A stretch of 63,880 nt of DNA, the filler included, from Perkinsus chesapeaki ATCC PRA-425 (Eukaryota; Protista; Perkinsozoa): the NCBI GenBank assembly GCA_013115145.1. It is 7 parts of 7 records of this genome, joined end to end, with 100 filler letters (N's around TTAATTAATTAA, not from the genome) between each part and the next. Parts side by side here need not be neighbours in the genome. Positions count along the whole stretch, not along the records: positions 1 to 13,457 come from JAAPAO010000788.1; 6 more parts are not named here. One strand, given 5' to 3'. Both the position numbers and the translations under genes were made by a program. This document shows, one piece after another, positions 1 to 10,701 of the stretch. Each line of letters starts with the position of its first letter. Position 1 is the first letter of the stretch. Below the pieces are notes generated by a model. It was not told the origin of the DNA. It did no database searches and saw nothing but the letters and a program-made list of their open reading frames with translations.

Positions 1-299
1 GTCTCCTCGAAGACGACTTGTCTATCCCCAAACCAATAACCAATCGTCCATACCATATCCTTCTTGGTAGCCAAATCTGTTCCCGATATGTACCAGTTGT
101 TTTGAACATCAAAAGCGTAGTCCAACATTTTGATACCTTCGGGTGGCAGAAAACTGTCACCGAGTGATCCATCATTGTAAATCTGTAAGGCTTGATTCGT
201 GGAGCACCATGCAGACTTGTCCTCGAAACCAGATACGAGAGTAACGCAGCAGGCGAAAAGAATGCCGCTGAGGCATGAATACACGGAATTGCGTATCAT
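1..299 (-). CDS. Hypothetical secreted protein, N-terminal part (runs off left edge of window)
   Basis: ATG at 299, frame open to the window edge: MIRNSVYSCLSGILFACCVTLVSG|FEDKSAWCSTNQALQIYNDGSLGDSFLPPEGIKMLDYAFDVQNNWYISG... Hydrophobic signal-peptide-like start. Not in the ORF track because it has no stop in the window. Confidence 0.6.
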   Translation of the reverse strand, partial: MIRNSVYSCLSGILFACCVTLVSGFEDKSAWCSTNQALQIYNDGSLGDSFLPPEGIKMLDYAFDVQNNWYISGTDLATKKDMVWTIGYWFGDRQVVFEE

Positions 300-570
300 G
301 AAAAGAAACAACTAAGTGAATCGATATCATTCCAATATACGTAACATTAAGGTCAAATACGAAGTATGCTTCAGTGAATAATTTACCGCGTATCCATAGC
401 GTGGGGGAATAAGGGGACAAAGGACACAAAGACTATCAGTTAAATCATGTTAGATCGCGGTTAATGACGAGATGAAGCTCCAACTAACTAAGAGAATATC
501 TTAATTTGCGCTGCACCTCTTAAGCGGCTCGGCGTGACAAGCTTAGGTAATGCGTTGTAGTGAACCACAA

Positions 571-636
571 ATGATAATTAAACAACTGAGTCGAACGTAG
601 CAGATGATAATTAAACAACTGAGTCTAACGTAGCAG
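571..636. repeat. 33-bp tandem duplication (2 copies, 1 mismatch)
   Basis: atgataattaaacaactgagtc(g/t)aacgtagcag at 571-603 and 604-636. Confidence 0.9.
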
Positions 637-3600
637 ATTGTTGCAAGTAAATCGACGTGATGGCAATTACGAGTACTGTACTTGCATGTACCTCCCGAAA
701 TCCCATAACCCGACGGCTGAAACAGAAACCCAAGCCATTGTAGATCAGCAGAAAACTGGAACCTTTCGGAGAGTTTCAGGGATACAGATATTTGAGTTAC
801 TGTGAGCCATTTTAAGCCTAGTAGCTGGAGATATTATTACAGAGACATGAGAGGACATCGATATGACGTCGGAGACCACACTAGGTATGTAAACGGTTTC
901 TGCGCAAAGTTGCAGATGTCACTGTGACCGTAACAAACACGCGTGCGTTCGATGTAAGATTCAACACTGTTAAATTGACAGTCATTGTGAGATAGATGAA
1001 GGCTGAGCGGAGAGGAGAGATACCAAATTTGGAAGCGAGAAGACTCTGACTACATGACCCATAACTCAAAAAGGCAGATGATCTAAGGTCGGGAGGTGAA
1101 CGGTAAAGAATTGTGGGAACGAACAGAGAGGACGACCCAAGGCTAAAAATACCTGAAGGAGAAGTCTAATAGATTAGAGGAGGAGAGTCACAAGTAAGTA
1201 ATAAGAAAAAAGGTGACGGAGAATGTCTCCGGGAGAAAGAGGAAACTTGATAAGGTGGGATCAAGCTGGAGGAGGGGTGTCGCCCAGAACCACTTGGAGT
1301 TGGCAGGGAATACAGAAAATTTATATTATTATGGTTAGTAAGAAGTGACCATCTCCAACGCTTCGCAAGCAGTCATCCCTGGAGGAACGTTGACTCGATT
1401 ACAACGGCCGAATATTATGGATGCAAACACTGATCGACGCGGAACGTATACGCGGCCCGCGTCGCGGGCGAAACAGCGCGCGCCTCGGGAGGGAGTAATA
1501 CTGAAGTAGCTGATGAAATGTTTGATAGACTACCCCTGCAACCTATGGACGCTCCTGAAAGACTTTCAGTGGAAGTTCTTGGGTGCACGTTTACTGGACG
1601 TCAAATATCCCACTTCGGGCCACGAGGGTCTGAGGGGCGGATACGGTGTACCCGGCCCGAAATCACTTGACGGGCTTTGGGGATATAAGCGTCACCCGAG
1701 CCGCGAAACCTCATCGACACTCTGTGAGTATGCGAGCTATGCAGTAGCCGCAAACTATACCCCGTCCTTTACTGCTTGTTTCCTGGGAGTGGAGGGTTGG
1801 GGTAAAAAAGCAATAGGGCGGGTACCACACCTTTAAGTCGCACCATAATCCTTAAGGTTGAGGCACCCCCCGTGCTGCGCCCGTCGTTTCGGATGTCGCG
1901 GAGCCGACACAATCGCGTGCGCTTACGGCGCGTCCCTGCGCATGGGTATTTAACCCGGGTCAACTCGTTAACCCCTACGAATCCAGTAGCGTTCTTCAAA
2001 AGCGCGCATTGGAGCGAAAATCAGGCAATTTGCTGAAGAGCCCGAGAAACTGACTCGGAAACACCACTTCTCCGAGCCCTTCTCCCAAGGTCTCGGTAAA
2101 AGGCATTCCACACGAATTAAAATGTTCGAAGGCTTGGAAAACACGAGATGGCCGAGGATGCGTGATTTAAGCTACGGCGCAGAACAACGAAATTGCAACA
2201 CGTGTGATGGATCTCCCACGAGGCATCTCGGACTGCAAAGTTTACGCAACTTGGTAACACAACTGCGATCGTTGTGTCGCGGGATATGATTTCTAAATCA
2301 TACAGCGGACTACTCCGTTTTTTCTACCGTCGGAGGAATCTTGCACACATGGTGTGAGCGGAGCGGGCGCCCGCTCCTCGCCCAGCTTTGCCACTGGCCT
2401 TTTGTCGGTGGGATACTCAAGACACAGCTCATGCTTCTATTGGCGCTAGAACGTGCTCAACTAAAACTTTTCCTAAAACCCTGCAGATGTGGGTTTTGTC
2501 GGAGGATTTTGTGTGGGTTCTGCAGGGGTTTGTCGACATCTCGGAGACGTGCAGAAATAGTACTTATCAGCGGGGGTGCAAGTTACACATGAGCATTGCC
2601 TAAATGACAATGGCATTGTCACATCATTGCCAGCTACTGACAGTCAGATTAAGCAACTAGGCTCCCTATCACAGTCATCTCGCTAACCACGAAGTACTAG
2701 TGCTCCTTTTGGGTACGAATAAAACCTGTCGAATAGAATGTGACAGCTTGCTACAAGTTGTGTTCTATGCATCGATTCGCTGAGGCCGATACACACAGTT
2801 TTTACAGGCTCATACATAAAGCACACTTCCACACGTAGTGCCGCGTGGAAATGGTCAGGTGGGATAAAAGGTTCATCATAAAAACAACTCAATGCCCCCC
2901 TCAACGGTGTTTAGACGGTCGCAAAGTTGGGATAATTCTTTCTGTGTTTTGCCGATGAAATCGCGTTGAAGAAAGAAGTGGTGGCACACCTGAGCTGTCC
3001 AAATTGTCCTTCGGAATACGCCAGACCAACCCGAGCCGGCCTGATGGTAAGGATTACATCGAATCGCCGATGGCAGCTCATTCATGATATCGTTTACGGC
3101 CTATCTTAAGGCTAGCGTGATGAGTGCAAACGGCTTCGCGAGTAGGGCCAAACGTGGCATACTAATGATCTACTTGATGTGAACTGAATCTAATGAGCCT
3201 TCTTGTAGGTTTCTTATAGTGCCTTGGGGAATGAACATCCCCATCAGCCATTTCTGTGTGAGAGTGTTTACCTTTTCGTGGAGCGGCTCCACTAGGATTT
3301 TACGGGGTCCTCCACGCCAAATGTGCTTGGCGGAGAGTGCGGAGCATAAGCCCCACCGGTATCACCTCGAACACTCTGTGAGGCAATCATCAAAATGGAT
3401 AATATGGGGCCCCGGCTTGCTCTCTTCATTTCGAATGTTAGCGGACCACTCATTTCTGCGCGACTGTGCAAGATTGATAAAATGACTCGCCGCACGAATG
3501 AAAATAGCGCCGCGTCACAGCTCCTGTATCGTCAAATCTGACAGTAAGCATACTCGAGTTCTTATGAAGCGCCTTGAACTCTTTGGGATGTCGCCACATG

Positions 3601-3856
3601 GAACTCGAGACCGCAACTGCAGCCAAATTGGCAGGATTGTGTTATTCCTAGCCAGTTAAAGATTAGGCAGCCGTAAAAATGATGGAGCTGAATGTCGTAT
3701 TCTGATTTACCTTAGCGGTTAAACATCTCTTCTATTAAGCGCGAGGTCGCAGGGTCGATCCTTACCAACGGTACTTTTCACACCGCCCAGCCTTGTGCAC
3801 CACCACCAGTATTTAAGCCCCCTGAATAATTTCTATCACATTAGCTCTTTACCTAT

Positions 3857-5257
3857 ATGCCCTCATCAATGTCAGCAACCGTAGCAGAGGCTCAGTCCAC
3901 TACCATCGACTCAAACCCGAATGCCGTTATCGGTGCACCACCAAAGAGGCCTTCGTTCCGTTTAGTTCTAGTAGACTTGACCGATAAAGTAAGCGATCAT
4001 CTCTACGCTGGAAATGGCGTTAAAAGTGTTTCGGGTTCAACTACTGTTGGTTCCCTCAGAACATCGGTCAAGTAAGGCTTCTCAATGAGCTCACATTCCC
4101 AGTGCGATACGGAGACCATTTCTACGAGGGCATTCTCACGTACAAGGACAATGGTGGCTTTGTCAAATTGGCGTATATGTGTGACGTCCTAGTCGGTTCC
4201 ATTGCTTGCAGGGTGATGCCTATCGACCCCAAAGACGCAACCAAAGGCATGAAAATGTACTATAATCGTCTTTGCTTTGTGAAGCGAACTTGACGTAGGT
4301 ATATCATGACACTATCAGTGTTGCCAATGTACCGTCGATGTGGTGTTGCTACTACACTGTTGAAGTCGCTCGAAGAGGAGCTATTGAACAGGAGGGAGAG
4401 TATGCGAGCAGAGCGGGAAGCCAAGGCTCGATCAGCAAGCCATCATCATGGTCAACATAACCATGCTGATGAGGGCTTCACTGGACAGGTGGTGAAGATC
4501 TCATTGGATGTCCAGGTAGTCGGAGGGCTTGGGGGTCGGGGGAGGCTGGCTGACATAGTACTGTAATAGTACCTTCTTGAATGTGGTCCTCCTATCATCC
4601 AACATATTGATACGAAAAGATATGAAACGAGAATTCTCTCATCGTACTCTATTTCAACGTTCATCGCCTCCCTTCTAATGTTACACATTAATGGACTCCA
4701 TCTTCAATTCTTATACTCATATCTGTCGTGTGTTTCTGTATAAAGCTAGTACGTAGGAGGGCCTTTATCGAATGCCCTATATACTTTTTACAATAGCTCA
4801 GCACCGTCCACTTAGCCTGGGCACTGGAAAGGGTCTGGTGGCGAGTAAATTGTCGATCAAGATGCCACGTTTGAATTTTGAGGCGTGGTAATATTTGACC
4901 GTAGCAATACATATATATAACATTATACAGCTATTATACGGCTGTTTTAGTGATATGTGTGCTGGTAATAGCGATACTTGTTGTAATTGAGATATAGTGA
5001 AGTCCAGTAAGCTTATAGGTTATTTATTATCTATTTGGTTACCACCTATTGCTTTACCATTAGTCTTCGCTTACACTTCCTGTAGTAATTGTTTTTTTCA
5101 GATTAATAATGTTTCTGCAATCGGTTTTTACCAGAAGCACGGCTTCACCAAGGTTGCTGAGGTACCTGGTTATTACCCGGACTTGGACCCCAAAGATGCT
5201 TACACTATGGAGAAGCAGCAGCAATTGCCAGCCGCTGCTACTGTTGTTGTTGAGTAA
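3857..5257 (+). CDS. NAA50: N-alpha-acetyltransferase 50-like GNAT (NatE catalytic subunit), 4 exons, 233 aa
   Basis: Exons 3857-3988, 4060-4256, 4299-4515, 5102-5257, all GT-AG and in frame. Motifs DLTDKNIGQVRLLNELTFPVRY..FY, YIMTLSVLPMYRRCGVATTLL and VQINNVSAIGFYQKHGF...YYPDLDPKDAYTMEK match the NAA50/San consensus. Confidence 0.85.
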
Positions 5258-5475
5258 TGGTAGTATCGCATCAACAACTTACCATCACACTTACAAAGGA
5301 GTTGCTTTAGTGCTCATTAATAAACAGAGGGACTCACGATATTGACGTCCTTCTGCGGTGTCGGGTGGGAATGTTGTGGTCTGGATGGCTCTATAGGATT
5401 CTTCGAGGTTAGATTGGATGTCAGGCATTCCAATAATGATTCTGGTATTTTTCGCCATCAGTTTTACTTTTGTTG

Positions 5476-5715
5476 ATGCTCGGTAGGCTGCCGGCGGTTA
5501 GAGGCCTCTCGGCATTGGCAACTGCACGGAAGTTCACAGCTACTGCTGGCTTACCATCGATGGCAGCTGGGATAGTCCGTAACCCGGCAAGGGAAAGAGA
5601 GTTTGCGAGGCGAAGGGAAGGTGAAGAGGAGTTTGATTTGGAGAAGACCAAACGGAAAAGCATGTGGATGAGGGATATCGGAAGATATGCCAGTGAAGAG
5701 AGGCAAAATATGTAA
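5476..5715 (+). CDS. Small protein with mitochondrial-presequence-like N-terminus; IF1 (ATPase inhibitor)-like motif
   Basis: MLGRLPAVRGLSALATARKFTATA is Arg/Ala/Leu-rich and acid-free. It is followed by AGIVRNPAREREFARRREGEEEF. The gene may splice into further exons at ~5.9-6.4 kb. Confidence 0.5.
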   Translation: MLGRLPAVRGLSALATARKFTATAGLPSMAAGIVRNPAREREFARRREGEEEFDLEKTKRKSMWMRDIGRYASEERQNM

Positions 5716-6445
5716 TAGTGTTAAAGGCGCGAGCGGGTGAGGTGATCGTGAAATAAATATATTATTATTAGTCTTAATTATTTTATTAGTAATCTTATTA
5801 TTAGTATTAGTAAGCCTTCATTCCAGCGCGCGCTGAATAGTTTGATAAAGCTGCCTTGTTAGCAGTTTGTAATATTGTCACCGACACTGAGGTGCTCTCA
5901 GACGTATCCATCCTGGGTAGGTATCCATATTCCTATACGGGAAGAGTAGAAGATGCTGTCGAAATTATACTTGATATTTTGTATCATTTCCACTTGGCTT
6001 AATCTTTCTAACGCCTACAGTAGTTACTCGCTAAATCTTCGCGTTTTTGCTCGATAATTTCTCCCAAGGCAACATTTCCTGGGCCGGTAGTATTCGCTAC
6101 ATGCTTACACATCTTAAATCATCAACTAAGTATTAACTGAGACATTAGTTGCGTAATTTTCCCAATTGCACAGTTCGACGAGGTTTCGGTCATTATTTTG
6201 TTCCCTATCAGAAAATCATCCTTGCCCTGGGAAGTATATTATTACAGTTGGCAGGCGGTACTATGCACAGCCTTGATCAGGTATATTGACTACATTCACT
6301 CGGTGAAGTCCCTAAGGGCCCTTCTGGACTATTACGACATAGCAGTACCATCTGAGCACGAAATTGACTTGAAGAAATCTGCTGCGAGTGTTGGCCTGTC
6401 TCTCCCACAAGTCGATAACAAATGATCATCTTTTCTGCAGTACGT

Positions 6446-6628
6446 GGTATTGTTGCGCACTGGGAAGGATTCTTGGTGTTGTTGCGCACTGGGAAGGATT
6501 CTTGGTATTGTTGCGCACTGGGAAGGATTCTTGGTGTTGTTGCGCACTGGGAAGGATTCTTGGTATTGTTGCGCACTGGGAAGGATTCTTGGTATTGTTT
6601 CGCACTGGGAAGGATTCTTGGTGTTGTT
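6446..6628. repeat. 29-bp minisatellite, 6 full copies plus a partial
   Basis: Unit ggt(a/g)ttgttgcgcactgggaaggattctt at 6446, 6475, 6504, 6533, 6562 and 6591. The partial copy runs into ttgttgcag just upstream of ATG 6651. Confidence 0.95.
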
Positions 6629-6650
6629 GTTGCAGGGCAATTTCATTGCT

Positions 6651-7622
6651 ATGAAAGCGTTCGTGTATGGAAGTAAGGCTGGCAGCATGGAGTGGAGCCA
6701 GACCACTTCGGTGCCCAAACCGGGGCGCAATCAGGTCCAGGTTAAAGTGATGGCTGTTGGTGTGAATCCGATCGACTACAAGCTTCCTACAATGGTACCA
6801 TTCAGTTCTTGGCTGCTCAGAGGCCGTCCTGCTGGCTTTGACTTTTCTGGCAAAGTCACCGTTGCGAACGGTGATTTTAAGGAAGGTGAAATGGTGCATG
6901 GCAACACTATGAAGGGTGCACTGGCTGAATACACAGTGGCCGATACTTTTAGAATTGCCAGAGTCCCGGAGGGGATGGATTATAAAACTGCCGCCGCAAT
7001 GCCATCTACCTGCGATACTGCCCTCATTGCCCTCCGCAAGGCTCAGATATCCGAGACCACGCGGAATGTATTGATTATTGGGGCTAGTGGAGGAGTTGGT
7101 TCGAGTGGCGTACAGATTGCTAAGAGTCTTGGCGCTAAGGTGTGGGGCATTTGCAGTGGCAAGAATAGCGAGTTTGTTAAATCGCTGGGAGCAGATGAGG
7201 TTCTGGACTATACCAAACCGGACTTCGCCTTCCCCAATAAGCAGTGCCCGACCGACAGTATCGATGTCGTCTTTGATACCGTTTCGAGCCCGGAAGATAT
7301 GAACTATGAGCCGCTTGTGAGGAAGTCGTTGAAGAAGGATGGTGTCTATATCGCCACTAACAGTCCAAGTCGCCTCGATCTGGCCAGGTCGATCTTGTCC
7401 AACTTCCTTCCGGTCAATCTGCAAAGGTCTGGCTATTATATGGTGATGGCCGATTGCCGCACGCATGATTTGGAGACTCTCGGTGGTATGGTTACTAATG
7501 GCGAGCTCAAGGTGCCTATTCAGGAGGTGTTGCCATTCACGGAGGAGGGCTGCAAGAAGGCATTTGAGCTGGTGAAGAGTCGAAGAGTTAAGGGCAAGAT
7601 TGTGGTTGATATGGAAAAGTGA
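6651..7622 (+). CDS. Zn-independent MDR-family NAD(P)H quinone oxidoreductase (RTN4IP1/ceQORH-like), copy 1, intronless, 323 aa
   Basis: ATG 6651 (MKAFVYGS...). Motifs VNPIDYK, GFDFSG, LIIGASGGVG, DVVFDTV and RVKGKIVV. Confidence 0.92.
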   Translation: MKAFVYGSKAGSMEWSQTTSVPKPGRNQVQVKVMAVGVNPIDYKLPTMVPFSSWLLRGRPAGFDFSGKVTVANGDFKEGEMVHGNTMKGALAEYTVADTFRIARVPEGMDYKTAAAMPSTCDTALIALRKAQISETTRNVLIIGASGGVGSSGVQIAKSLGAKVWGICSGKNSEFVKSLGADEVLDYTKPDFAFPNKQCPTDSIDVVFDTVSSPEDMNYEPLVRKSLKKDGVYIATNSPSRLDLARSILSNFLPVNLQRSGYYMVMADCRTHDLETLGGMVTNGELKVPIQEVLPFTEEGCKKAFELVKSRRVKGKIVVDMEK

Positions 7623-8247
7623 AATATTATTGTCATGAGTTTGTTGTTTATTTTTTGATACGGTCCGATTTAAAAGGATTTGTCGAGTTGAAAGTATTGG
7701 AAGGAGCGGTATGAGAATGGAGAGATAAGGAGACAAATTTTGTGTGGTGTGATCCTGTCGTGATACGACACAATGCGTTGTCTCTTCCCCGTTGTAGCTG
7801 ACCTTTGTCGCGTTTCCTGTTAGCCTTTAACACTGATTGTAATCTAGCTGTGATCGTCTAGCTTATCTTTACTACTGTACAGGAGTTGCTGTGTACCGTT
7901 TTTGTGAGTTGCGATGGCGGCTTCACCTGTGACAGAAATAACGACTTCAGATGATATCTGTGGTCTTGACATTGCGCTATGTAAGCTCTCTCCTTGCATT
8001 TGCTGATGTTGGAAATTGAGGGATGATCGGTCGAAGGTGCCTCGTCGTTGGTGATGATGTTATTCGACAAAAAGTCTTCTATATTACCTCTAGCTCTCGT
8101 AGATTTGCACTTTTAACCTTCTACTCGAAGCTTTCATTTGACTTTGTCAGATTTCCTAGTCACCAGTTTGTGACGTGTGCGCCCTACTCCTTTCAGAAGC
8201 TAATGCTGTTATCATAATATTATTTTTAGTATTTGTTATCAGCTAAT

Positions 8248-9228
8248 ATGCAAGCTTACATCTATCATCCCCAAACCAATGAGATGACCTGGGCAGCTGA
8301 GCAGCCCATCCCCAAGCCCGGCAAATCTCAAGTTCAAGTTAAAGTCCTGGCCGCTAGTATCAACCCGGTCGACTACAAGCTCCCCCACGTACCTTTTGCT
8401 TCGCGCCAAATCAGAGGTCGTCCAGTCGGTATCGACTTTGCTGGCAAGGTCACCATTGGCTCTGGTCAGTTCAAGGAGGGTGACGTTGTCTTCGGTAAAG
8501 CTGTGCAAGGTGCACTTGCTGAATATTCGGTCGCCAACACTGCGGAGATCGCCCACGTGCCGAAGGGTGTTGACCCTACAGTGGCCGCGTCTCTACCTGT
8601 GGCCAGTTTGGTAAGTCTCCAAGCACTTAGACATGGAGGTGTCACTGAAGCCGGTAAGAATGTATTGGTTATTGGTGCTAGTGGTGGAACTGGCTCAAGT
8701 GGTGTACAAATTGCTAAAAGTCTCGGTGCTAAAGTATATGCCGTGTGTAGTGGTAAGAATAGTGACTTTGTTAAATCACTTGGAGCTGATGTTGTTATGG
8801 ATTATACAAAAGAAGGCTTCCAACTTCCCAATGATGATTGCCCAGCTGGCACCATCGATGTTGTCTATGATACTGTTACTAGCCCCGAGGATTTCAACTA
8901 CGAGCCTTCTGCCCGTAAGACTCTCAAGAAGGGCGGTATGTATATGGCCATCAACTCCCCCAGTCGAATGGACTGGGCCAGATTCTTCTTATCAAGGAGC
9001 CTCCCTTTCAACGTTCAAAGATCCGGCTATTCTATGTGCCTCTCCGACTTCAACACAAAGGACTTAGACTTCCTCGCCAACTTGGTCGCCGAGAAGAAGC
9101 TGAACATTCAGTTTGCCGAGGTGCTGGAGTTCAACGAAGAGAACTGCGCCAAGGCTTATGAACTCCAGAAGAGTCGTAGAGCTAAGGGGAAGATTCTGCT
9201 CGAGATGAAGAAGCAGGCCGACAACTAG
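8248..9228 (+). CDS. MDR-family quinone oxidoreductase, copy 2, intronless
   Basis: First ATG 8248 (MQAYIYHP...). Motifs INPVDYK, GIDFAG, LVIGASGGTG and RAKGKILL. Confidence 0.92.
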   Translation: MQAYIYHPQTNEMTWAAEQPIPKPGKSQVQVKVLAASINPVDYKLPHVPFASRQIRGRPVGIDFAGKVTIGSGQFKEGDVVFGKAVQGALAEYSVANTAEIAHVPKGVDPTVAASLPVASLVSLQALRHGGVTEAGKNVLVIGASGGTGSSGVQIAKSLGAKVYAVCSGKNSDFVKSLGADVVMDYTKEGFQLPNDDCPAGTIDVVYDTVTSPEDFNYEPSARKTLKKGGMYMAINSPSRMDWARFFLSRSLPFNVQRSGYSMCLSDFNTKDLDFLANLVAEKKLNIQFAEVLEFNEENCAKAYELQKSRRAKGKILLEMKKQADN

Positions 9229-9493
9229 GAGCAAAACGCCCCTCATTTCCCCGGGCTCCGTGTGTCCCCAATAGGAACGGTTGCCGGTTCTTTATCGATT
9301 TAAACACCTTGAGAGCGGTCATTATACCTTCTGTTGTTACCCGCAATATTATCTTAACTAGCAGCAATGAGTTGTGTTAGTTCCCTAGGCTTTGCGGGGT
9401 TAGGGGACAGTTTTTGTGTCGAGGGTCGTGGTGATATGATACCTATCGTATAGCTCATTATCTATTAGTTAGATTTGTTTAGTTTATTTAACA

Positions 9494-10477
9494 ATGAAAG
9501 CTTTCGTATACGATTCAAGTGCCTCCAGTATGGGCTGGAAGGCCGACAAGCCCATTCCTTTACCAACAGCAACTCAAGTTCAAGTCAAAGTCATCGCGGC
9601 CGCTTGCAACCCAATCGATCTTAGACTGGCTCATATGCCCATTGTTTCCAGGTGGATGAGGGGCACTACTGTAGGGTTCGATTTCGCTGGTCGTGTCACC
9701 ATCGGCTCCGGTGAGTATAAGGTCGGTGACCTTGTCTTCGGGAGGGCTTACTCCGGCGCTATGGCCGAGTTTGCGGTTGCTAATGTTGGCGAGATCGCCC
9801 GCGTGCCGAAGGGTGTCGATCCTAAGGTGGCCGCGTCTTTACCGATTGCTAGTTTGGTAAGTCTCCAAGCACTTAGACATGGAGGTGTCACTGAAGCCGG
9901 TAAGAATGTATTGGTTATTGGTGCTAGTGGTGGAACTGGCTCAAGTGGTGTACAAATTGCTAAAAGTCTCGGTGCTAAAGTATATGCCGTGTGTAGTGGT
10001 AAGAATAGTGACTTTGTTAAATCACTTGGAGCTGATGTTGTTATGGATTATACAAAAGAAGGCTTCCAACTTCCCAATGATGATTGCCCAGCTGGCACCA
10101 TCGATGTTGTCTATGATACTGTTACTAGCCCCGAAGATTTCAACTACGAGCCTTCTGCCCGTAAGACTCTTAAGAAGGATGGTATGTACGTCGCACTGGA
10201 GACACCCAGCTTGGTTGATCGCGCCAAGTTTTGGATATCTAAAAGCACCGGACGGAACATTCAGCGTCCACAGTACTCCATGTGCTTCGCTCAACTGAAC
10301 CATGACGATTTGGTAACGGTTGGCGATCTCGTGGCAAAGGGCGCCCTCAATATCCATTTTGCTGAAGAGCTTCCCTTCACTGAGAGTTCTTGCCGCAAGG
10401 CCTACCAGTTGCAGAAAAGTCGACATGCTACGGGGAAGATTGTAATTGATTTCGAAAAGCAGCAGCAAGCTCATTGA
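9494..10477 (+). CDS. MDR-family quinone oxidoreductase, copy 3, intronless
   Basis: 327-aa ORF with CNPIDLR, GFDFAG, LVIGASGGTG and HATGKIVI. Confidence 0.92.
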   Translation: MKAFVYDSSASSMGWKADKPIPLPTATQVQVKVIAAACNPIDLRLAHMPIVSRWMRGTTVGFDFAGRVTIGSGEYKVGDLVFGRAYSGAMAEFAVANVGEIARVPKGVDPKVAASLPIASLVSLQALRHGGVTEAGKNVLVIGASGGTGSSGVQIAKSLGAKVYAVCSGKNSDFVKSLGADVVMDYTKEGFQLPNDDCPAGTIDVVYDTVTSPEDFNYEPSARKTLKKDGMYVALETPSLVDRAKFWISKSTGRNIQRPQYSMCFAQLNHDDLVTVGDLVAKGALNIHFAEELPFTESSCRKAYQLQKSRHATGKIVIDFEKQQQAH

Positions 10478-10650
10478 TTTCCTCAAAACTGAACATTTGT
10501 GCCCAAGTATACTTGTGATTATATAATAAGAATGCTTATCCAGCATCCATCTTAAACACTTACCTGAGTTCTCTCTGTCACACTCATGACGTTGTGTTTA
10601 GCCAGTGGAACTTTGATAGCACTGTGAATGGGCTATCGTGTACTGACTGT

Positions 10651-10701
10651 TGGGATATCGGTATTGATGGTATGGACCATACCATCAATACCGATATCCC
10701 A
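10651..10701. repeat. Perfect 25-bp inverted repeat with 1-nt centre
   Basis: tgggatatcggtattgatggtatgg-a-ccataccatcaataccgatatccca. Confidence 0.95.

Noticed and set aside
1400-3800. GC-rich stretch with several short ORFs and overlapping 6-7-bp palindromes at 1450-1469
   Set aside because: No recognisable protein, rRNA, tRNA or element ends. Palindromes this short are expected by chance individually.
6446-6628. Possible CRISPR array (also the 33-, 55- and 31-bp repeats)
   Set aside because: Units are contiguous with no unique spacers, there are no cas genes, and the context is eukaryotic.
6444-6650. 69-aa repetitive N-terminal extension of oxidoreductase copy 1, and the other repeat-derived ORFs on both strands
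   Set aside because: It starts at a non-ATG codon inside the 29-bp repeat, and the paralogs start at the equivalent of ATG 6651.
6426-7736. 436-aa antisense ORF (and shorter antisense/off-frame ORFs over copies 2-4 and PiT)
   Set aside because: These are shadows of the real sense-strand genes with no independent motifs.
8692-8699. GGCTCAAG spliced-leader-like matches in oxidoreductase copies 2 and 3
   Set aside because: They lie inside codons for GTGSSG and are short coding coincidences.
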